Part shown: piece by piece, positions 61,498 through 64,000 of the stretch
Numbering within the stretch: the first letter of the stretch is position 1
Layout of the letters: each line of letters starts with the position of its first letter
Source of the DNA: Octopus sinensis
Lineage: Eukaryota
Assembly: GCF_006345805.1 (NCBI RefSeq)
Contig: NC_043000.1
Span: forward strand, 156,860,001-156,924,000
Direction of reading: 5' to 3'
Length of the DNA stretch: 64,000 nucleotides
Program-made: the position numbers and the translations under genes
Notes under the pieces: model-generated
Databases searched by the model: none
Seen by the model: only the letters and a program-made list of their open reading frames with translations
What the model was told of the DNA's origin: nothing

Positions 61498-61904
61498 TCT
61501 TTACTCTTTTACTTGTTTCAGTCATTTGACTGCGGCGATGCTGGAGCACCGCCTTTAGTCGAGCAAATCGACCCCGGAACTTATTCTTTGTAAGCCCAGT
61601 ACTTATTCTATCGGTCTCTTTTGCTGAACCACTAAGTGACGGGGACGTAAACACACCAGCATCAGTTGTCAAGCAATGCTAGGGGGACAAACACAGACAC
61701 ACAAACATATACACACACACTTATATATATATACATATATACGACAAGCTTCTTTCAGTTTCCATCTACCAAATCCACTCACAAGGCATTGGTCGGCCCG
61801 GGGCTATAGCAGAAGACACTTGCCCAAGATGCCATGCAGTGGGACTGAACCCAGAACCATGTGGTTGGTTAGCAAGCTACTTACCACACAGCCACTCCTG
61901 CACC
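61498..61904 (-). mobile_element. SINE family A, full length
   Basis: Same head, body and tail as the other A copies. Confidence 0.9.
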
Positions 61905-62280
61905 TATCTTAAGTATCATGACATGACAAGTTAAAGGAATTATCTATTTAACTATTCAGCATTCAGCTTACTCTGTCAAATGTAATGCTTATTTATTTGG
62001 AGTGTTTTGAATGAAGCATGCATGATCTTGTAACTTTGAGATTTTAATGACGTAACAGTTCATTTATAGAATGACATTGTAAGGTAGGTGTAAGAGGTTA
62101 GATCTGGCCAGCTTGAACATAAAACAGGTAGAAAATTTGAACTGGATACTAGAAGGTTAAACTGCTATCTTTACTGAGCTTTGTTTTTTTTTTGTTATTG
62201 TTTATATTTTGCTTTAAAGCAGTGAGCTGGCAGAATTGTTAGCATAAAGGATTATTATTATTATTATTATTATTATTATT

Positions 62281-62828
62281 GATTATGAGAGCATTCATGC
62301 CATCAATGAAATGACATGGGGTTAAATATACGAAGCCCATATACCCATCATGACTACCCGTCTGATAATTACACCAGGCACATGCATCACAACCTAATGT
62401 GCGCACATGGTGATCTCATATCAAGATAAACAGCACATGACCTTGCAGGTGGGCCCATTATGAATTTTCTTCATGTTGAGTAGCCCATCCTGCTCAAAAT
62501 GTCCCTGAATAATGGTTGATTTAGGATGTTGACGAAACCCTATGTTTCCAGAGGTGAATTTTCAACCCCAATAATCCCTCTCACACATAGCCATGATGCT
62601 CCCCCACTACTTCTGATCGTGATCAGAGATGCCATATCGTCAGCCACTAAGGACATTATTATGCTCAATGGTTATGCCAACAACTGACAAGCAAATCTGT
62701 GGTATTGAGCAGAATATTTGCTGTAGCCATCTTTTATACCAAGACAAAACAATGTTACATGATAACACTTCCAATCATTAAGATCAGAAGCCATGAGAGC
62801 CACTGCCTGTACTGCATCAGGCATTTTA
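62281..62828 (-). mobile_element. Family E repeat, longest copy
   Basis: Reverse complement of 3109-3596 plus about 65 bp of extra 5' sequence; ATT repeats on both sides. Confidence 0.75.
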
Positions 62829-63119
62829 TTATTATTATATTATGATTATGATTATGATTATTATGATTATGATTATGATTATTATGATTATCATTATGAT
62901 TATCATTATGATTATTATTATTATTATATTATTATTATTATGATTATGATTATGATTATTATGATTATGATTATGATTATTATGATTATTAATTATATTA
63001 TATTATTATTATTATTATGATTATGATTATGAATTTATGATTATGATTATGATTATGATTATTATTGATTATGATTATTATTATTATTATTATTATTTTA
63101 TGATTATGATTATGAATTA

Positions 63120-63155
<36 letters not shown>

Positions 63156-63290
63156 GATTATGATTATTATGATTATGATTTGATTATTATTATTATTATT
63201 ATTATTATGATTATTATTATTATTATGATTATTATTAATGATTTATTATTGATTATGATTATTATTATTATTATTATTCTTATTATTATA
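62829..63290. repeat. (ATT)n/(GATTAT)n compound microsatellite
   Basis: Direct reading. A further (CTA)n/(ATT)n block lies at about 63508-63690. Confidence 0.92.
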
Positions 63291-63506
63291 TTCATAGTTT
63301 TATTTTTATAGCGTGCTTTCACTTCACTACCGAGCGCAGCTCTGTGTGCCTGGGTATGTGCTGTGATTTGTTGTGATGCTCTGATGGTTATTGTATGGAA
63401 AGTGTTCTGCGTAGGATGTGTGCAGTGCCTAGTAGTGCAATTTTCTGTATGTTATATGTGTTTGTAAGTCCTGGTGTTTTTGTTATGTATTTGTCTGAAT
63501 ATTTTG
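63291..63506 (-). mobile_element. R4/Dong-type LINE 3' end, same family as 2401-2959
   Basis: Near-identical reverse complement of about 2735-2950. Confidence 0.85.
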
Positions 63507-63589
63507 AATTATTATTATTATTATTACTACTACTACTACTACTACTACTACTGCTACTACTACTACTGCTGCTGCTGCTACTACTACTA

Positions 63590-63645
<56 letters not shown>

Positions 63646-63697
63646 TTATTATTATTATTATTATTATTATATTTATTATTATTATTATTATAAAACT

Positions 63698-63911
63698 CTG
63701 AGCTAGCAGAATTGTTAGCAGGCCAGACAAAATGGTTAGCAGTATTTCATCCGTCATTACATACTAAGTTCAAATTTTGTTGAGGTCAACTTTGCCCTTC
63801 ATTTTTTCCAAGTTGATAAAATAAGTACCAGTTGAACAGAAGGGTCCATTTAATCAACTTCGCCCCTCTCCCGAAATTACTGGCCTTGTGCCAAAATTAG
63901 AAACCATTATT
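63698..63911 (+). mobile_element. SINE family B, diverged
   Basis: GAGCTAGCAGAATTGTTAG head; CCTTGTGCCAAAATTAGAAACCATTATT tail. Confidence 0.75.
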
Positions 63912-64000
63912 TCTCTCCTGTTCTGCCCTGCCCTGTCCTGCTATGTTGAGAAAAGCCTTGATAGTAATATAAATTACTCTGAAGAGATGAAGAGAAAGGC

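Noticed and set aside
63395-63706. Poly-Leu/Tyr/Thr ORFs
   Set aside because: Trinucleotide repeats plus the antisense strand of a Dong fragment.

Overview
AT-rich, microsatellite-dense eukaryotic DNA. The SINE repertoire suggests a coleoid cephalopod, probably Octopus; this is pattern recognition, not a database result. One well-supported gene is present: a Tribbles pseudokinase (TRIB2-like) on the minus strand. It has three coding exons (44129-43827, 20948-20656, 18717-18234; about 359 aa), canonical GT-AG introns of 22,878 and 1,938 nt, and a candidate CCAAT/GC/TATA/Inr promoter at about 46.25-46.35 kb. The flanks hold several tRNA-derived SINE families, R4/Dong-, CR1- and RTE-type LINE ends, a non-autonomous Helitron, piggyBac-like MITEs and a Tc1/mariner relic. 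Almost all other ORFs in the track are microsatellite or SINE artefacts. Most notable observations: (1) a cluster of (TA)n-embedded, Penelope-like fragments at 59.7-60.8 kb, including a ~100-bp-arm palindrome with a hammerhead-ribozyme core in each arm; (2) head-to-tail SINE multimers at two loci that share one junction, each enclosed by a single target-site duplication; (3) LINE 3' ends sharing their tail with the commonest SINE; (4) C/EBP sites and uORFs ahead of Tribbles; (5) a 32-bp minisatellite that includes the stop codon of a candidate orphan exon.
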